63,326 nucleotides of DNA from an uncultured Bacilli bacterium. Lineage in GTDB: Bacteria; Bacillota_I; Bacilli_A; RFN20; CAG-449. Position numbers and translations under genes: made by a program. Of this stretch, positions 1 through 11,310 are shown one piece after another. The stretch's first letter is position 1. The number at the start of each line of letters is the position of its first letter. The notes under the pieces were generated by a model. It had not been told where the DNA came from, did no database searches, and worked only from the letters and a program-made list of their open reading frames with translations. The stretch lies in NCBI GenBank assembly GCA_947595215.1, contig CANQEO010000006.1, forward strand, positions 1-63,326, in the 5' to 3' direction.

Positions 1-106
1 TAATATTTTTTATTTTTTCAACTCATCTTTGAGTTCTTTTTTGTCTTTTTCATTAAAATACAATTTCCTAGTTAAAATAAAAAGTGGATTAAATCCACTT
101 TTTTAA

Positions 107-466
107 TTAATAAGTTTTCTTTCTAATTTTGCCGTCTCTTTTATGAATGGTGTGAGTTCCGTCATTTTTTTCGGCAAGATCTTTTGCGTAATCAATCGCT
201 TCTGCCTGAGTATCAAATAATTTGATAGCCTTTTCGCCACCAGCAAACTTTACTTGCCATTTTCCATCTTTTTCACGATGGGAGATGTGATAATTTTTTT
301 TAGGTGTTTTTTCTGCTACTTTAACTGCCATTTGTTTAACCTCTCTCTTCTTGGTGATATCTTCGTTAGGAGTAGACTTTGATTCTGTTACATTGATTTT
401 TCCATTTTTATTATTCATATAACCTCCTACTTCAACAATATATATCACTCTTTTAATATAGAACAA
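107..466 (-). CDS. DUF2188-like small basic protein
   Basis: C-terminal W-x-V-K...A-x-x-x-F-x-T-Q-x-E-A-I...IH-x-x-DG-x-I pattern; true start may be the downstream ATG (MNNKN) behind AGGAGG. Confidence 0.7.
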   Translation of the reverse strand: MFYIKRVIYIVEVGGYMNNKNGKINVTESKSTPNEDITKKREVKQMAVKVAEKTPKKNYHISHREKDGKWQVKFAGGEKAIKLFDTQAEAIDYAKDLAEKNDGTHTIHKRDGKIRKKTY

Positions 467-763
467 ATTTGTAGCTTTTTAAAGTCTTAATTTTAATAAA
501 AATGCTACGATTCGACATGAAAAAAATTTTGTAAAATACCGAATGTAGATATAATATATAAGTCGATAATTTTATCAATTTTAAATAGCAATACGTTAAC
601 AATATATATTTAATACGATTATATCACTCCTTTATTATATATCTAAGGAATATATTTTTTTCTCAGTTTGATTGTGTACAAAAATTATGAATCAGTCGAT
701 ATAGTAGTTGATTTTGTATTTGCATAATTTATCAACAATAAAAATAAGGTGAATTTAATCACC

Positions 764-1330
764 TTATTTTTTATCTTTATATTCTCTCATGTAAACATCA
801 TACATTTCTTTAAATCTATTGAAATGTACAACTTCTCTTTGCCTTAAGAAAAGCAATGGTCTAATGACATCTACATCAGTAGCCAAATCAATTAAATGTT
901 CATAAGTGGCACGCGCTTTTTCTTCAGCTGCCATATCTTCTGATAAATCGGCAATATAATCACCAGTTGCTCCAATACCGGTCACTGAGAAATCTTGTCC
1001 ATTAGCATCCGTTGCAAACATCTCGATACCATGAGTTGCATATGAGCCACCTAAACCTCCAGCTTCCATTTCTTCCGGTGTTGCTCCTTTAGTCAATTGG
1101 AATACCATGGTACAAATCATCTCAACATGTCCTAATTCTTCAGTACCGATATCACTTAATAAAGTTTTACCTCTTTCATCGGGCATTGTGTAACGTTGAT
1201 TCAAGTATCGAATCGCTGCGCCTAATTCACCATATGGACCACCATACTGAGTTAAAATATATTTAGCCATTCTCACGTCTTTACGCTTAATATCTATTGG
1301 ATATTGAGTTCTCTTTTGATAGACAAACAT
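764..1330 (-). CDS. cotJC: Manganese catalase family spore coat protein CotJC
   Basis: MFVYQKRTQYP, QYGGPYGEL, DIGTEELGHVEM, DMAAEEKAR, FLRQREVVHF motifs; downstream of a cotJB-like gene. Confidence 0.9.
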   Translation of the reverse strand: MFVYQKRTQYPIDIKRKDVRMAKYILTQYGGPYGELGAAIRYLNQRYTMPDERGKTLLSDIGTEELGHVEMICTMVFQLTKGATPEEMEAGGLGGSYATHGIEMFATDANGQDFSVTGIGATGDYIADLSEDMAAEEKARATYEHLIDLATDVDVIRPLLFLRQREVVHFNRFKEMYDVYMREYKDKK

Positions 1331-1342
1331 AATTCTTCCTCC

Positions 1343-1795
1343 TTAAATTCTTGTAACCCAAACGCTTGGAGTTAGCACCCACGAGAAGGTGCCATTTACA
1401 TCTTTCGCACTTGAAGCCATTAAGGCATCATATTTTGAATTATATTCAGTTATAAGTTCATTTGCCTTTTTATTGTATTCTAGGAAAAGATCAAGAACTC
1501 GTTTATCATTAGGATAAACATCTAAATATAGTTTTAAATCGTGAGCAGCACCTGAATAGGCATCGATATTTAATAACAACATTTGTTGTTCATTTTTAGA
1601 CTCTAATTTACCTGGCATATAATTTTTATAGCCTTGATATTGATTCTTAAAAATATTTCCTTTTTCTAATGCCTCATCGGGACTAAATAAATCCTTGCTC
1701 ATCGGATCATATTTAACTGTTTCATGGTTTCTCATTTCTGGTTCAAGAGGATATGTCGGAACAAAAAATAAGGGACCATAGTTTGAGTAATACAT
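1343..1795 (-). CDS. cotJB: CotJA/CotJB-like fused spore coat protein
   Basis: EALEKGNIFKNQYQGY (CotJA-like) followed by DLKLYLDVYPND and C-terminal W..P.W (CotJB-like); operon with cotJC. Confidence 0.75.
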   Translation of the reverse strand: MYYSNYGPLFFVPTYPLEPEMRNHETVKYDPMSKDLFSPDEALEKGNIFKNQYQGYKNYMPGKLESKNEQQMLLLNIDAYSGAAHDLKLYLDVYPNDKRVLDLFLEYNKKANELITEYNSKYDALMASSAKDVNGTFSWVLTPSVWVTRI

Positions 1796-1965
1796 ACTTT
1801 TACCTCCTAAAGTAATGTATGTAAGTTAGTTAATTTTACCTAATAAAAACGCCTATATTACATTTATATTAAAAATGAAAAATCAGTCAAAAATCTTAAC
1901 CATTACCTAATTAGATTATTCAATGTATTTTAAGCTTTATTTAAAAACTTTTGAATATTATATTC

Positions 1966-2709
1966 TTAATGCAATTCAAAGTAAATTGCAACTTCCTCGT
2001 CATTGCAAATTCTGGATTTTTGTATTTTAAAATGATCTAAAATATAATCCATCATCTTTTCATAATATATCGCCTCTAATGGATGAGGGCGTTTTCTTTG
2101 ATAATACGGAATAAATAAGTCATTACGAGTTGGATCAAAATAGCAACGCATTGTTCCTTCCTTTAATAGACTATCATCACCTTCAAGAAAAATACGAACA
2201 TCAGCTGCCTCTTTATCTTTTATATAAATAATTTCGACTTTGAAGCGACCATATTTACATTGATCTCTAAATTGATTTTTCATAATCATAAATGTCTTAC
2301 AATCAAATTCAGTAAAACGATACATCTCTATCAGAAATTCGTAAGTATTTTTAGCTTCCGCCACACAAAACTGATTGTTTCTAACCTTTTTATGAGAAAG
2401 ATTATTTACTAGATCACTCCACGTCAGATTTTCAAAGTGATAACGTATAAAATTTACTTCTCTTAAATTTAACTTTGCTCGCACACAAAAATAAAAACCA
2501 TAATTAAAAGAAAGAAAGTTTAAAAATATTAATATAAATAATGTCTGGAGTTCCTTAATTAACGCGCATAAAATAATTGTTAGCGGAAGCACAAAAAAAA
2601 CAGTCGCCGTAGAGATATATAAAAATATCTTCTCGACCAAAATATATTTTTTGTAACGTTTTAATTCATAGTTTTCATCATTTTTACTTCTCATTATCAT
2701 CAATTCCAA
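1966..2709 (-). CDS. Hypothetical membrane protein (2 N-terminal TM segments)
   Basis: 247-aa ORF with two hydrophobic stretches. Confidence 0.6.
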   Translation of the reverse strand: MELMIMRSKNDENYELKRYKKYILVEKIFLYISTATVFFVLPLTIILCALIKELQTLFILIFLNFLSFNYGFYFCVRAKLNLREVNFIRYHFENLTWSDLVNNLSHKKVRNNQFCVAEAKNTYEFLIEMYRFTEFDCKTFMIMKNQFRDQCKYGRFKVEIIYIKDKEAADVRIFLEGDDSLLKEGTMRCYFDPTRNDLFIPYYQRKRPHPLEAIYYEKMMDYILDHFKIQKSRICNDEEVAIYFELH

Positions 2710-2855
2710 TAAATATTTTATAAACTAATTATAAGTAATTAAACATAACGAAACAAGTTATTAATACTTAGCAATTACCTAAGTCGGTTTCTTGCCTAGT
2801 TGTTAAAGATAATCTATAATATAACTAAGAAATCGGTAAAACTTATTAATACGAG

Positions 2856-4184
2856 GTGTCTACAATGATAGAAAAATATACACTTTTTGAAAATGACGAA
2901 TCGCAACCTTTGGCCGCTCGTTTACGCCCTAGAAATCTCGATGAGTTCTTCGGACAAAAGCACCTTCTTGGAGAAGGTAAATTGCTACGACGTCTTATTG
3001 AAAATGACAAAGTTGGTTCTATGATTTTTTGGGGACCTCCTGGAGTAGGCAAAACTACACTTGCTCGTATTATCACCAATCACACACATGCTAAATTTAT
3101 AGATTTCTCCGCTGTTACAAGTGGAATTAAAGAAATTAAACAAGTGATGGAACAAGCCGAAGAGAATCGTCTTTTAGGTGAAAAAACAATTTTATTTGTC
3201 GATGAAATCCATCGTTTTAATAAAGCTCAACAAGATGCTTTTTTGCCGTATGTTGAAAAAGGAAGCATAATCTTAATTGGAGCTACCACTGAAAATCCGT
3301 CATTTGAAGTTAATGGTGCGTTGCTTTCACGTTGTAAAGTCTTCGTTTTACAAGCATTGAAAACTGAAGATATGATCGAACTTTTAAAACGCGCATTGAT
3401 TGATGAACGCGGATTTGGTAAACAACAAGTTGAAATATCTCACGAATGTCTTGAAATGATTGCACTCTTTGCAAATGGAGATGCTCGTAATGCTCTTTAC
3501 ACTCTTGAAATGGTCGTCTTAAATGGTGAACTAGATGGTGAAAAAATCATAGTAACTAAAGAGAATATTGAACAATGCACTTTGAAAAAATCCCTTTTAT
3601 ACGATAAAAATGGTGAAGAACATTATAACTTAATCTCCGCATTGCATAAATCGATGAGAAACTCTGATCCTGATGCTGCAGTTTATTGGTTAGCAAGAAT
3701 GTTAGAGGCTGGAGAAGATCCCTTATATGTTGCCAGAAGAATTATTCGTTTTGCAAGCGAAGATGTAGGTCTTGCCGATCCTCGAGCATTAGAAATTGCA
3801 GTTGCCGCCTATGATGCTGCGCACTATCTTGGAATGCCCGAATGTAGCGTTCATTTAACTCAAGCTGTAGTTTATATGTCGATCGCTCCAAAATCAAACG
3901 CACTTTATATGGCCTATGAAAATGCAAAAAAAGATGCTATTTCTATGCTTGCTGAACCGGTACCATTAGTGATAAGAAATGCTCCAACAAAATTAATGGA
4001 AGAATTAAATTATGGTAAAGGTTATAAATACGCGCATGATACTAAAGAGAAATTAACTAACATGCAATGTCTTCCAAACTCACTTTCAGGTAAAGAATAT
4101 TATCATCCTACTGAACAAGGTTTAGAGCAACGTTTCAAATCACGTTTAGAAGAAATAAAAGATTGGAAAAAGAAACATAGTTAG
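2856..4184 (+). CDS. rarA: Replication-associated recombination protein A (RarA/MgsA AAA+ ATPase)
   Basis: PLAARLRP, GPPGVGKT, LFVDEIHRFNKAQQD, IGATTENPSF, ISALHKSMRNSD. Confidence 0.95.
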   Translation: MSTMIEKYTLFENDESQPLAARLRPRNLDEFFGQKHLLGEGKLLRRLIENDKVGSMIFWGPPGVGKTTLARIITNHTHAKFIDFSAVTSGIKEIKQVMEQAEENRLLGEKTILFVDEIHRFNKAQQDAFLPYVEKGSIILIGATTENPSFEVNGALLSRCKVFVLQALKTEDMIELLKRALIDERGFGKQQVEISHECLEMIALFANGDARNALYTLEMVVLNGELDGEKIIVTKENIEQCTLKKSLLYDKNGEEHYNLISALHKSMRNSDPDAAVYWLARMLEAGEDPLYVARRIIRFASEDVGLADPRALEIAVAAYDAAHYLGMPECSVHLTQAVVYMSIAPKSNALYMAYENAKKDAISMLAEPVPLVIRNAPTKLMEELNYGKGYKYAHDTKEKLTNMQCLPNSLSGKEYYHPTEQGLEQRFKSRLEEIKDWKKKHS

Positions 4185-4220
4185 TAAAAAAGTAGAAGCC
4201 TATAAACTTCTACTTTTTTA
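4185..4220. terminator. Bidirectional intrinsic terminator
   Basis: TAAAAAAGTAGAAG / CTTCTACTTTTTTA inverted repeat between convergent genes. Confidence 0.8.
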
Positions 4221-4227
4221 TAAATTA

Positions 4228-4413
4228 TTAATCCTTTTTACTTTTCTTTCTTTTTTTAACAGCTTCAGTAAGTAAACATTCAATCTGACCATTAATAGAA
4301 CGAAAGTCATCATCAGCCCAAGAAGCTATCTCATCCCATAGTTTTTGTGGTAAACGCAACAATATTGGTTTTTTATTATCCGGGTTTTTACTCATCTTAA
4401 TAGATTGAGCCAC
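4228..4413 (-). CDS. Arc/ribbon-helix-helix small protein of SPFH operon
   Basis: KKPILLRL...WADDDFRSINGQIECLL pattern; likely start at MSKNP just after the SPFH stop. Confidence 0.75.
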   Translation of the reverse strand: MAQSIKMSKNPDNKKPILLRLPQKLWDEIASWADDDFRSINGQIECLLTEAVKKRKKSKKD

Positions 4414-5404
4414 TATTGACTATCGGCTGAGCGTCTTTATTACCACAGAGAACTACCATCAAATTACTGACCATTTGTGCTTTTCTTTCATCATCTAATT
4501 CGACAATGTTATTTTCACTTAGTTTTTTTAGAGCCATCTCAACCATACTTACGGCGCCTTCAACAATTTTTTGACGAGCATCGATAATCGCTTTAGCCTG
4601 TTGTCTTTGAAGCATTGCTGCCGCAATTTCAGGAGCGTAAGCTAAGTGAGAAATTCGTGCTTCCATAATTTCAATACCAGCGACCTCAACACGACTTTGT
4701 AATTCTTTTTTTAGTTCCTCAGAAATTTCTTGAGAGCTACCTCTTAATGATTTTTCATCACCTTGCTCGGAGATATCATAAGGATAGCATCTTGCTACTT
4801 GTCTAATCGCTGAATCAGTTTGAGTTGAAACAAAGTCAACATAATTATCAACGTTGAAAATCGCTTTTGCAGTATTAATAACACGCCATATAACTACCAC
4901 ACCAATCTCAATTGGATTACCTTCTTGATCATTAACTTTTTGTTTTCCATTAACTAAGGTCATTGCCTTAAGAGAAATTTTGCGGCGGCTAGCAGCAAAA
5001 CGTGGATTTTTGTTTGTTTTAACCGGATTTGGGTTTAATAAATCTTCAATTTGAGCTACATCAACATTAGGTGAAATGCTGGTACAAAATGGATTAACAT
5101 AGAAAAACCCTTCTTTATTAATTGTGCCATAATACTTACCAAACAAAGTAAGAACCATAGCTTCATTAGGATTGATAATCTTAAAGCCTTTTAAAATAAT
5201 GAAACTAAAACAATAAATAAATAACAAGACTATCATGCTAATTCCACAGATATTTTGAATCAAAACTGAATTATTTTCAGATAGACACATAGCACATACA
5301 ATAATTGCTGCTAATAAAATTATGTTTAAAGCAATATAGACAAATAACATCGTCCATCCTTTTTTGGGTTCGATAACTTTTTCCTCATAAATTTCTTTAT
5401 TCAT
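4397..5404 (-). CDS. SPFH (band 7/stomatin-like) domain membrane protein
   Basis: two N-terminal TMs, KVNDQEGNPIEI, ARISHLAYAPEIAAAMLQRQQA. Confidence 0.9.
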   Translation of the reverse strand: MNKEIYEEKVIEPKKGWTMLFVYIALNIILLAAIIVCAMCLSENNSVLIQNICGISMIVLLFIYCFSFIILKGFKIINPNEAMVLTLFGKYYGTINKEGFFYVNPFCTSISPNVDVAQIEDLLNPNPVKTNKNPRFAASRRKISLKAMTLVNGKQKVNDQEGNPIEIGVVVIWRVINTAKAIFNVDNYVDFVSTQTDSAIRQVARCYPYDISEQGDEKSLRGSSQEISEELKKELQSRVEVAGIEIMEARISHLAYAPEIAAAMLQRQQAKAIIDARQKIVEGAVSMVEMALKKLSENNIVELDDERKAQMVSNLMVVLCGNKDAQPIVNSGSIY

Positions 5405-5505
5405 TTTAAATACCTCCTTAATATCATTTTGATATCTAAATAATATAATAAATTCAACAATGTTATTTTGTCAACTATTTGTAAAAAAATACGATCTAAG
5501 CCGTA

Positions 5506-7119
5506 TTAATTTTGATATTTTTTATCATTCTCTTGCTGCAAAGTAAGATAATCGACCTTTCCAATCATCGTTAATGGTAATTTATCTTTAAATTCTATCT
5601 CTTTTGGAACTGCCCACTTAATTAGATTTGCTTTACATGCTTTAAGGATTTCGTCTTTGAGGCATTCAGTATCTTCTCTTGTTGTAACAACATATAGTTT
5701 AACAGCGCTTGATAACCGCGGATCTGGTATTTCAATTGCCGAGCAATATGATACACCTTCAACTTTAGAAACTATACTTTCGATTTCAGTAGGATAAACA
5801 GCAACACCACTTACTTTTATAATTCTCTTTTTGCGTTGCTTAAAATATATGAATTGATCTTGATCCATATAACCGATATCACCAGTATGTACATATCCAT
5901 CTTTCATAACTGCATCGGTAATCTCTTTTTCATTTAGATAACCCATCATTAAGGTTGGCCCTTTAACACAAATTTCTCCGAGTTCTCCACAAGGAACTTC
6001 ATTTCCTTTTTCATCGAGAATTTTGCATTCCATACCCTTTATCATTTTTCCGACTGAACCGATACGATTTTCTTCTAGTGTATTAACTGCGCATACAGTA
6101 ATTGTTTCTGTTAAGCCATAACCTTCCATCATCCGGCAAGAAATACCTCTTTTAACCATCACTTCATCAAAACGTTCTTTTAGGCTGATAGGCATTGAAT
6201 CTCCGCCACAAAATACTACTTGTAAATCTTTTAAATTTGGATGGTTAACATATTCTTCAGTTCTTAATAAACTTTCAAATAAAGTCGGAACTCCACATAT
6301 GCAACTAACCTTTGTTTTGTCCATTATTTTTACTAATTCTTTAGGCGAAAACTTTGGCACTAGAATTGAACACATTCCATTAATTAAAGATGCATGAATA
6401 CACATACATAGACCAAAACCATGAAATGTTGGTAGCACCGCAAGCATCCCTTTTCCAAGCAATTCATCGCTTTTAAAAATATCACTTGATTGGGAAGCCA
6501 GATAATTAAAACTATTATTAGAAAGCATAATTGTTTTAGGAAAACCAGTAGTTCCTCCCGAATGAAGGTAAACTGCACATTCATTTCTATCGATCGCTAT
6601 TTCTTTTTTATACTTTCCTTTTATTTGGTCAAATGAATGATAATTAGAAATCGCTTTATGCATTTTTCTATTTTGTAAATGATAAACAAACTTCATATAT
6701 AATGGCAGATAAGAAGAGGCTTTGCAAACGGTGATTTTAGATGCCAAATTACGATACAATTTTTCTTCTTTATATAAAGATTGTTCAAATAAAAATATAT
6801 GTTTAGAATTTGTTTGTTCAACTATTTTAGAGACTTGAAGATATGGAGTAAACGGATGAACCATATTTGCGATTGCACCTAAATAATTCACTGCGTAAAA
6901 AAGAATCACAGTTGAAGGAATATTAGGCAAACATATCATAACTACATCGCCTTTTTTTATATCTAATTCTAATGATAGATATGAAGCAACTCTTTTAATT
7001 TCTTTATCAACAAACCGATAAGAAAAGGTTCTACCCATATAATAAATAACCTGTTGATCAGGATATTTGTTTGCCCATTCATGCATTTCTTCATACATTG
7101 TTTTTTGCATAATAATCAT
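5506..7119 (-). CDS. AMP-binding long-chain fatty-acid-CoA ligase
   Basis: HSGGTTGFPK, EGYGLTE, HTGDIG, IGKVD adenylation motifs. Confidence 0.9.
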   Translation of the reverse strand: MIIMQKTMYEEMHEWANKYPDQQVIYYMGRTFSYRFVDKEIKRVASYLSLELDIKKGDVVMICLPNIPSTVILFYAVNYLGAIANMVHPFTPYLQVSKIVEQTNSKHIFLFEQSLYKEEKLYRNLASKITVCKASSYLPLYMKFVYHLQNRKMHKAISNYHSFDQIKGKYKKEIAIDRNECAVYLHSGGTTGFPKTIMLSNNSFNYLASQSSDIFKSDELLGKGMLAVLPTFHGFGLCMCIHASLINGMCSILVPKFSPKELVKIMDKTKVSCICGVPTLFESLLRTEEYVNHPNLKDLQVVFCGGDSMPISLKERFDEVMVKRGISCRMMEGYGLTETITVCAVNTLEENRIGSVGKMIKGMECKILDEKGNEVPCGELGEICVKGPTLMMGYLNEKEITDAVMKDGYVHTGDIGYMDQDQFIYFKQRKKRIIKVSGVAVYPTEIESIVSKVEGVSYCSAIEIPDPRLSSAVKLYVVTTREDTECLKDEILKACKANLIKWAVPKEIEFKDKLPLTMIGKVDYLTLQQENDKKYQN

Positions 7120-7122
7120 CTC

Positions 7123-7962
7123 CTAAAATGGTAAAGGTAAATGTGCGATTAAAGAATAAAGAATAAATACTCCCATTAGCACTATCTGATGACCGAGATA
7201 GAACAAGAGCGAATTACGTCCCACAAAACAAAATGGTCTTTCAACACTAACTCGCTTGATACGTGACTCAACTGTTTTATAGATAAGTCTAGCGACTATA
7301 ATACCTAATAAGAAAAAGCCAAATGATGGAATAAAAGCTAAATAATCAGCGCGTTGATAATCGAAATTTACAATACCTAATGGAAATAATATCACATTTA
7401 ACAAGGTATTGTCATTTTGAATTAACATAGAAGAGTTCATAATAGATAAGGCAATCGATAAAATAAAAGTTAATCCTGCGATAATGCCTAAACATATATT
7501 CGAACGTTTTCGTAGTAAATACCCTAATAATATCGAGATTGCTAATACGTGAATAACATTAAAATCTATGTTTATTCCCATATCGGATCCGGTCATTTCA
7601 ATAATAACATAATTTGCCAAACGAGAAGCAATGGTTATTGCAATTGCAAAAAGTGTAATTCTAATTCCTCGTTTTAAATTATTTCTAGAAAATTTAAAGC
7701 TAACACCAGATAAGAAAACAAAAATAAATACTCCTATTTGACGAAGTATTAATCTAAAAGGAGATTCCCAATAGGCCACGGAAAAATAATATAAGTTATA
7801 AAATGATTTATCCTTGCTTACCCAATACGCTGTAAACAGCATTAAATCATAAAAAAAGTGATCAAACAACATCAAAATAATACAAACTCCACGAATGAAA
7901 TCTATTTCGTGAACCCTTGTTTCAAATTTTGATTGCTTTAGGTTTACTAATTTTTCTTTCAT
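7123..7962 (-). CDS. DUF1624 / HGSNAT-like membrane protein
   Basis: RVHEIDFIRGVCIILM, DY...P, GRNSLLFYLGHQ; multi-TM. Confidence 0.8.
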   Translation of the reverse strand: MKEKLVNLKQSKFETRVHEIDFIRGVCIILMLFDHFFYDLMLFTAYWVSKDKSFYNLYYFSVAYWESPFRLILRQIGVFIFVFLSGVSFKFSRNNLKRGIRITLFAIAITIASRLANYVIIEMTGSDMGINIDFNVIHVLAISILLGYLLRKRSNICLGIIAGLTFILSIALSIMNSSMLIQNDNTLLNVILFPLGIVNFDYQRADYLAFIPSFGFFLLGIIVARLIYKTVESRIKRVSVERPFCFVGRNSLLFYLGHQIVLMGVFILYSLIAHLPLPF

Positions 7963-7977
7963 ATCTTTATCTTCTTT

Positions 7978-9279
7978 TTAACTATTCGGCCAAACTCTAT
8001 GTTCTTTAAACCAATCTGTATCTTTAAGTATAGTCGTATTGTTGCTACCATAAACATTCATTTTACTTCCATCAGAAGAAATTATAATATCTCCATTCAT
8101 TGCTTCGAAACCTTGCTCATTATCACTAACAACCGTAGTCACATAAATTCTTTCAGTCCAAACTGAAACACGATTTATAAAATCTTGAGAAGGGAACATA
8201 TTATTCTCGATTTTTGTATATTCATCACTACCTGCGCAGCAACATACAGTTACAATTTGTGGCTGAATTACTTCTAGAAGGGCTTTGCTTGTCGCGGTAT
8301 AGGATCCATGATGACCAGCTTTGAAAAGCTGTACTTTGGGAAGATTATTATTCTTTATTAATAATTCCTCTCCATCTTCTTCTAAATCTCCAGTCATTAA
8401 ATAATGATTGTCTTTTTGTGTAAATAGGGTGCACACTGAAAAATTATTTTCATTGGATGTTTTGGATGAATCATCACCATAATCATTTTTTAATATTTGC
8501 ATCGTTATAGTGTCAGTTAATTGAAAAATATCTTTAGCTCCATTTTGAGAATTATAACAATCTTTTTGAGTGTAATAAGTTGTGCCTTTTTCTATAAGTT
8601 GATTTCTAAGTTTAACATAGTTATTATACACTTGTGAAGTTGTTCTAGTAACACCAAAGTCAATCAAAGTGTCAATTTGATAAAGTTTAAATATCCCCAG
8701 AGAACTATTAGTTCCTACAAATCCGGCAATATGATCCTGGTGAGCATGTGTAGCAATTACATATTCCAATTTTCCATCTGCAACATATTTATTAAGATAG
8801 TTAGCGATTGTAGAAGCTGATACATTTCTACTTCCAGCATCGATTAATATGTCGATATTGCCGGCTTTGATATAAGTGGAATCACCGGTATATTTATTAC
8901 CTAATTGTAAGAAATGAAACTGGAGATCACCATCAATTATTGAATCTCCTACTTCTCCATGATGATCAGAAGAAAAGATACCTTGACTAGAGTTATATTC
9001 AGATATAGGTGTACTATATAATGCAAAAATATAATCACGACCTAAATATAAACCTACTCCGCATAAGACGATGATAATAAAAAATATCGAAAGAAAAACA
9101 GCAGTACCTTTACCCTTTTTACTAGATACAGTATTAATGGTTTGCTTTCCTAATCGAAGATTTTTTTGATTGCAGTATCTTTCTGCATCTTCTAAGCTAT
9201 CAAATGATTTACTTGGTTTTTTAGCATCAACTTTATAGACCCCATAGCGGCCTGTACTTGTCTTACGCACTTGGAACAT
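7978..9279 (-). CDS. ComEC/Rec2-like metallo-beta-lactamase-fold hydrolase, membrane anchored
   Basis: ILIDAG, THAHQDHI, TGDLE, AGHHGS motifs. Confidence 0.85.
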   Translation of the reverse strand: MFQVRKTSTGRYGVYKVDAKKPSKSFDSLEDAERYCNQKNLRLGKQTINTVSSKKGKGTAVFLSIFFIIIVLCGVGLYLGRDYIFALYSTPISEYNSSQGIFSSDHHGEVGDSIIDGDLQFHFLQLGNKYTGDSTYIKAGNIDILIDAGSRNVSASTIANYLNKYVADGKLEYVIATHAHQDHIAGFVGTNSSLGIFKLYQIDTLIDFGVTRTTSQVYNNYVKLRNQLIEKGTTYYTQKDCYNSQNGAKDIFQLTDTITMQILKNDYGDDSSKTSNENNFSVCTLFTQKDNHYLMTGDLEEDGEELLIKNNNLPKVQLFKAGHHGSYTATSKALLEVIQPQIVTVCCCAGSDEYTKIENNMFPSQDFINRVSVWTERIYVTTVVSDNEQGFEAMNGDIIISSDGSKMNVYGSNNTTILKDTDWFKEHRVWPNS

Positions 9280-9280
9280 A

Positions 9281-10234
9281 TTAGATACCTAACGCTACTA
9301 TATGAGTAGCAAAAAAGAATTTACCGAAAAAGTATTTATTACACGCACTTTCTGTTAAAGTGAGAATTTTACCATTACTAAAGTCGAGATCTTCGCCCAT
9401 CGCCGGTCCATTAAATGATGACTCAAAGTGATCTAAAAATTTTACTGGCGCACCATCTAAAGTCTCATTGCTAAGGCTTGATTCATTTAAATCATAGATG
9501 TAATAAACAGTACTTGCTAGCCCATAAGAAGTTGAAAGAACGATTTTATTGTTATCCGTAATCGCAAAACCTTGCACGCGATCTCTAACCGAAAACACTT
9601 CTTGAGGTGTTTCTAAATCATTTAGAAGATATCTGGTAACAATCGCATAGTGTAATCCTTCTTCAGTTTGATACGGATGATTAGTGATATATTGTCCTCC
9701 ATCATGGAACTCTCCAACATACAAACTGGTATCATCCGTAAAAACGAAAGATGCACTATTATTTACACTAACACCCTCTCCAACATCAACCATGTCACTA
9801 TCTTTATTTAAGACATCCTCAAGCGAAATGACATAAATTTTACTTTCATTACTAAGATAAACTTTATCGTAGCTTGACGCGATACCACCGACGTGACCAG
9901 TAAACTTTTTACCATTTTTAGTCAATTGAACATAACGTGATTCATTTTGTTCATTAGTTATGTAAATGCGACTATTGCTTTTATCATTCATATATCCACT
10001 TGTGAGATAGATTTCGTTTTCTTCCACCGCAGCGATACCTTGAGGAATAAACCCATCATTTAACCCCGGATTTAAGCACATATCGCTTTTAATGGAATAA
10101 TAGTAATCATATATCGCGTATTTTGTAAGATTAAGTCCACTCCATACAACAAATATTAAACACATCAATGAAGCTAATATAATAAGAATTGTTTTAAAAA
10201 ATACTTTGAAAAATTTCTCAAATTTAGATTTCAT
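9281..10234 (-). CDS. Hypothetical secreted/anchored protein, probable beta-propeller
   Basis: N-terminal TM; PQGI, GHVGGIA, VQGF, STSYG, E-D motifs typical of propeller-like extracellular proteins. Confidence 0.6.
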   Translation of the reverse strand: MKSKFEKFFKVFFKTILIILASLMCLIFVVWSGLNLTKYAIYDYYYSIKSDMCLNPGLNDGFIPQGIAAVEENEIYLTSGYMNDKSNSRIYITNEQNESRYVQLTKNGKKFTGHVGGIASSYDKVYLSNESKIYVISLEDVLNKDSDMVDVGEGVSVNNSASFVFTDDTSLYVGEFHDGGQYITNHPYQTEEGLHYAIVTRYLLNDLETPQEVFSVRDRVQGFAITDNNKIVLSTSYGLASTVYYIYDLNESSLSNETLDGAPVKFLDHFESSFNGPAMGEDLDFSNGKILTLTESACNKYFFGKFFFATHIVALGI

Positions 10235-10377
10235 AATTCATTTCAGCCTTTTCGTTTATTAATTATAGCATAATTTTATTAAAATTTGCTTTAATTTTAA
10301 AAATAAAAGGCTTATTTAAATCTGCTAAAAATATTCTTTCGTTGCTATTGTAAAAAAATAACTAGTATAATAAAAAT

Positions 10378-11310
10378 ATGGAGAATGTCATTGTATCAGT
10401 TATTGTCCCTATCCATGGGGTTTATCAATATTTATTAAAATGTCTTGAATCTTTAAGCAAACAAGATTTTAATTTGCCATACGAAGTAATTTGTATCAAC
10501 GACTCACCAATTGATGATAGTTCTAAAATCATTAATCATTTTGTTAAGACTTATCCCGATATTTTTAAACGTATCGATGTAACTTATGGTGATGTTTCTA
10601 AAGTGCGTAACGAAGGAATCAAAAACTCTAAAGGAAAATACATATGTTTTGTCGATGGCGACGATTATGTTTATCCAAATTTTCTTAATTCTTTATATAG
10701 TTTAATTTCTAATAACAATGGAAATATTGGAGTTATCAACTTCAACACATTGACAATCAAAGGAAAAACTAGGAAACTCTTTTGCAATCATTTTGCTCTA
10801 AAAAAACCTTATAGCAGCAGCAAAGCAATAAAACATCTTTTAGGTGATGTTAAAATTAGAAGTTATTGTTGGAATAAAATTTTTAAGAGAGAGTTTTTAA
10901 TTGCCCATCAAATAGAGTTTTTAAATTATACGAAATTTATTGAGGATTTCGTCTTTTGTTTTGAAACTTTTATTAACGATGAAGAAATTTATTTTAGCAA
11001 TGAAATTGCATATTGCTATCGTCTGAGAAATGATTCTATATCTTTAAGCGGAAATACAAATGTAGTTCCAACTATTAAGAAGTTCATTAATGCCTTAATT
11101 AAAATAAAAATTATCGCTATTGAGAAAGACTTTAATCCTAAGGAACTAAACTTAGCTTTTTTTACTAGAAAATTTATTTTCTTTTGGCTATTGCATGTAA
11201 AAGCCGACAAACAGACGCGAAAAGGTTTGAAAATATATTTTCGTATTGTCGATAAAATAAAAAAATGTAACGATATTAAAGAACTAGAGTCCATGTATTT
11301 GGAACTCTAG
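10378..11310 (+). CDS. Glycosyltransferase family 2
   Basis: VSVIVP, RNEGI...GKYICFVDGDD, WNKIFKR, ED motif. Confidence 0.9.
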   Translation: MENVIVSVIVPIHGVYQYLLKCLESLSKQDFNLPYEVICINDSPIDDSSKIINHFVKTYPDIFKRIDVTYGDVSKVRNEGIKNSKGKYICFVDGDDYVYPNFLNSLYSLISNNNGNIGVINFNTLTIKGKTRKLFCNHFALKKPYSSSKAIKHLLGDVKIRSYCWNKIFKREFLIAHQIEFLNYTKFIEDFVFCFETFINDEEIYFSNEIAYCYRLRNDSISLSGNTNVVPTIKKFINALIKIKIIAIEKDFNPKELNLAFFTRKFIFFWLLHVKADKQTRKGLKIYFRIVDKIKKCNDIKELESMYLEL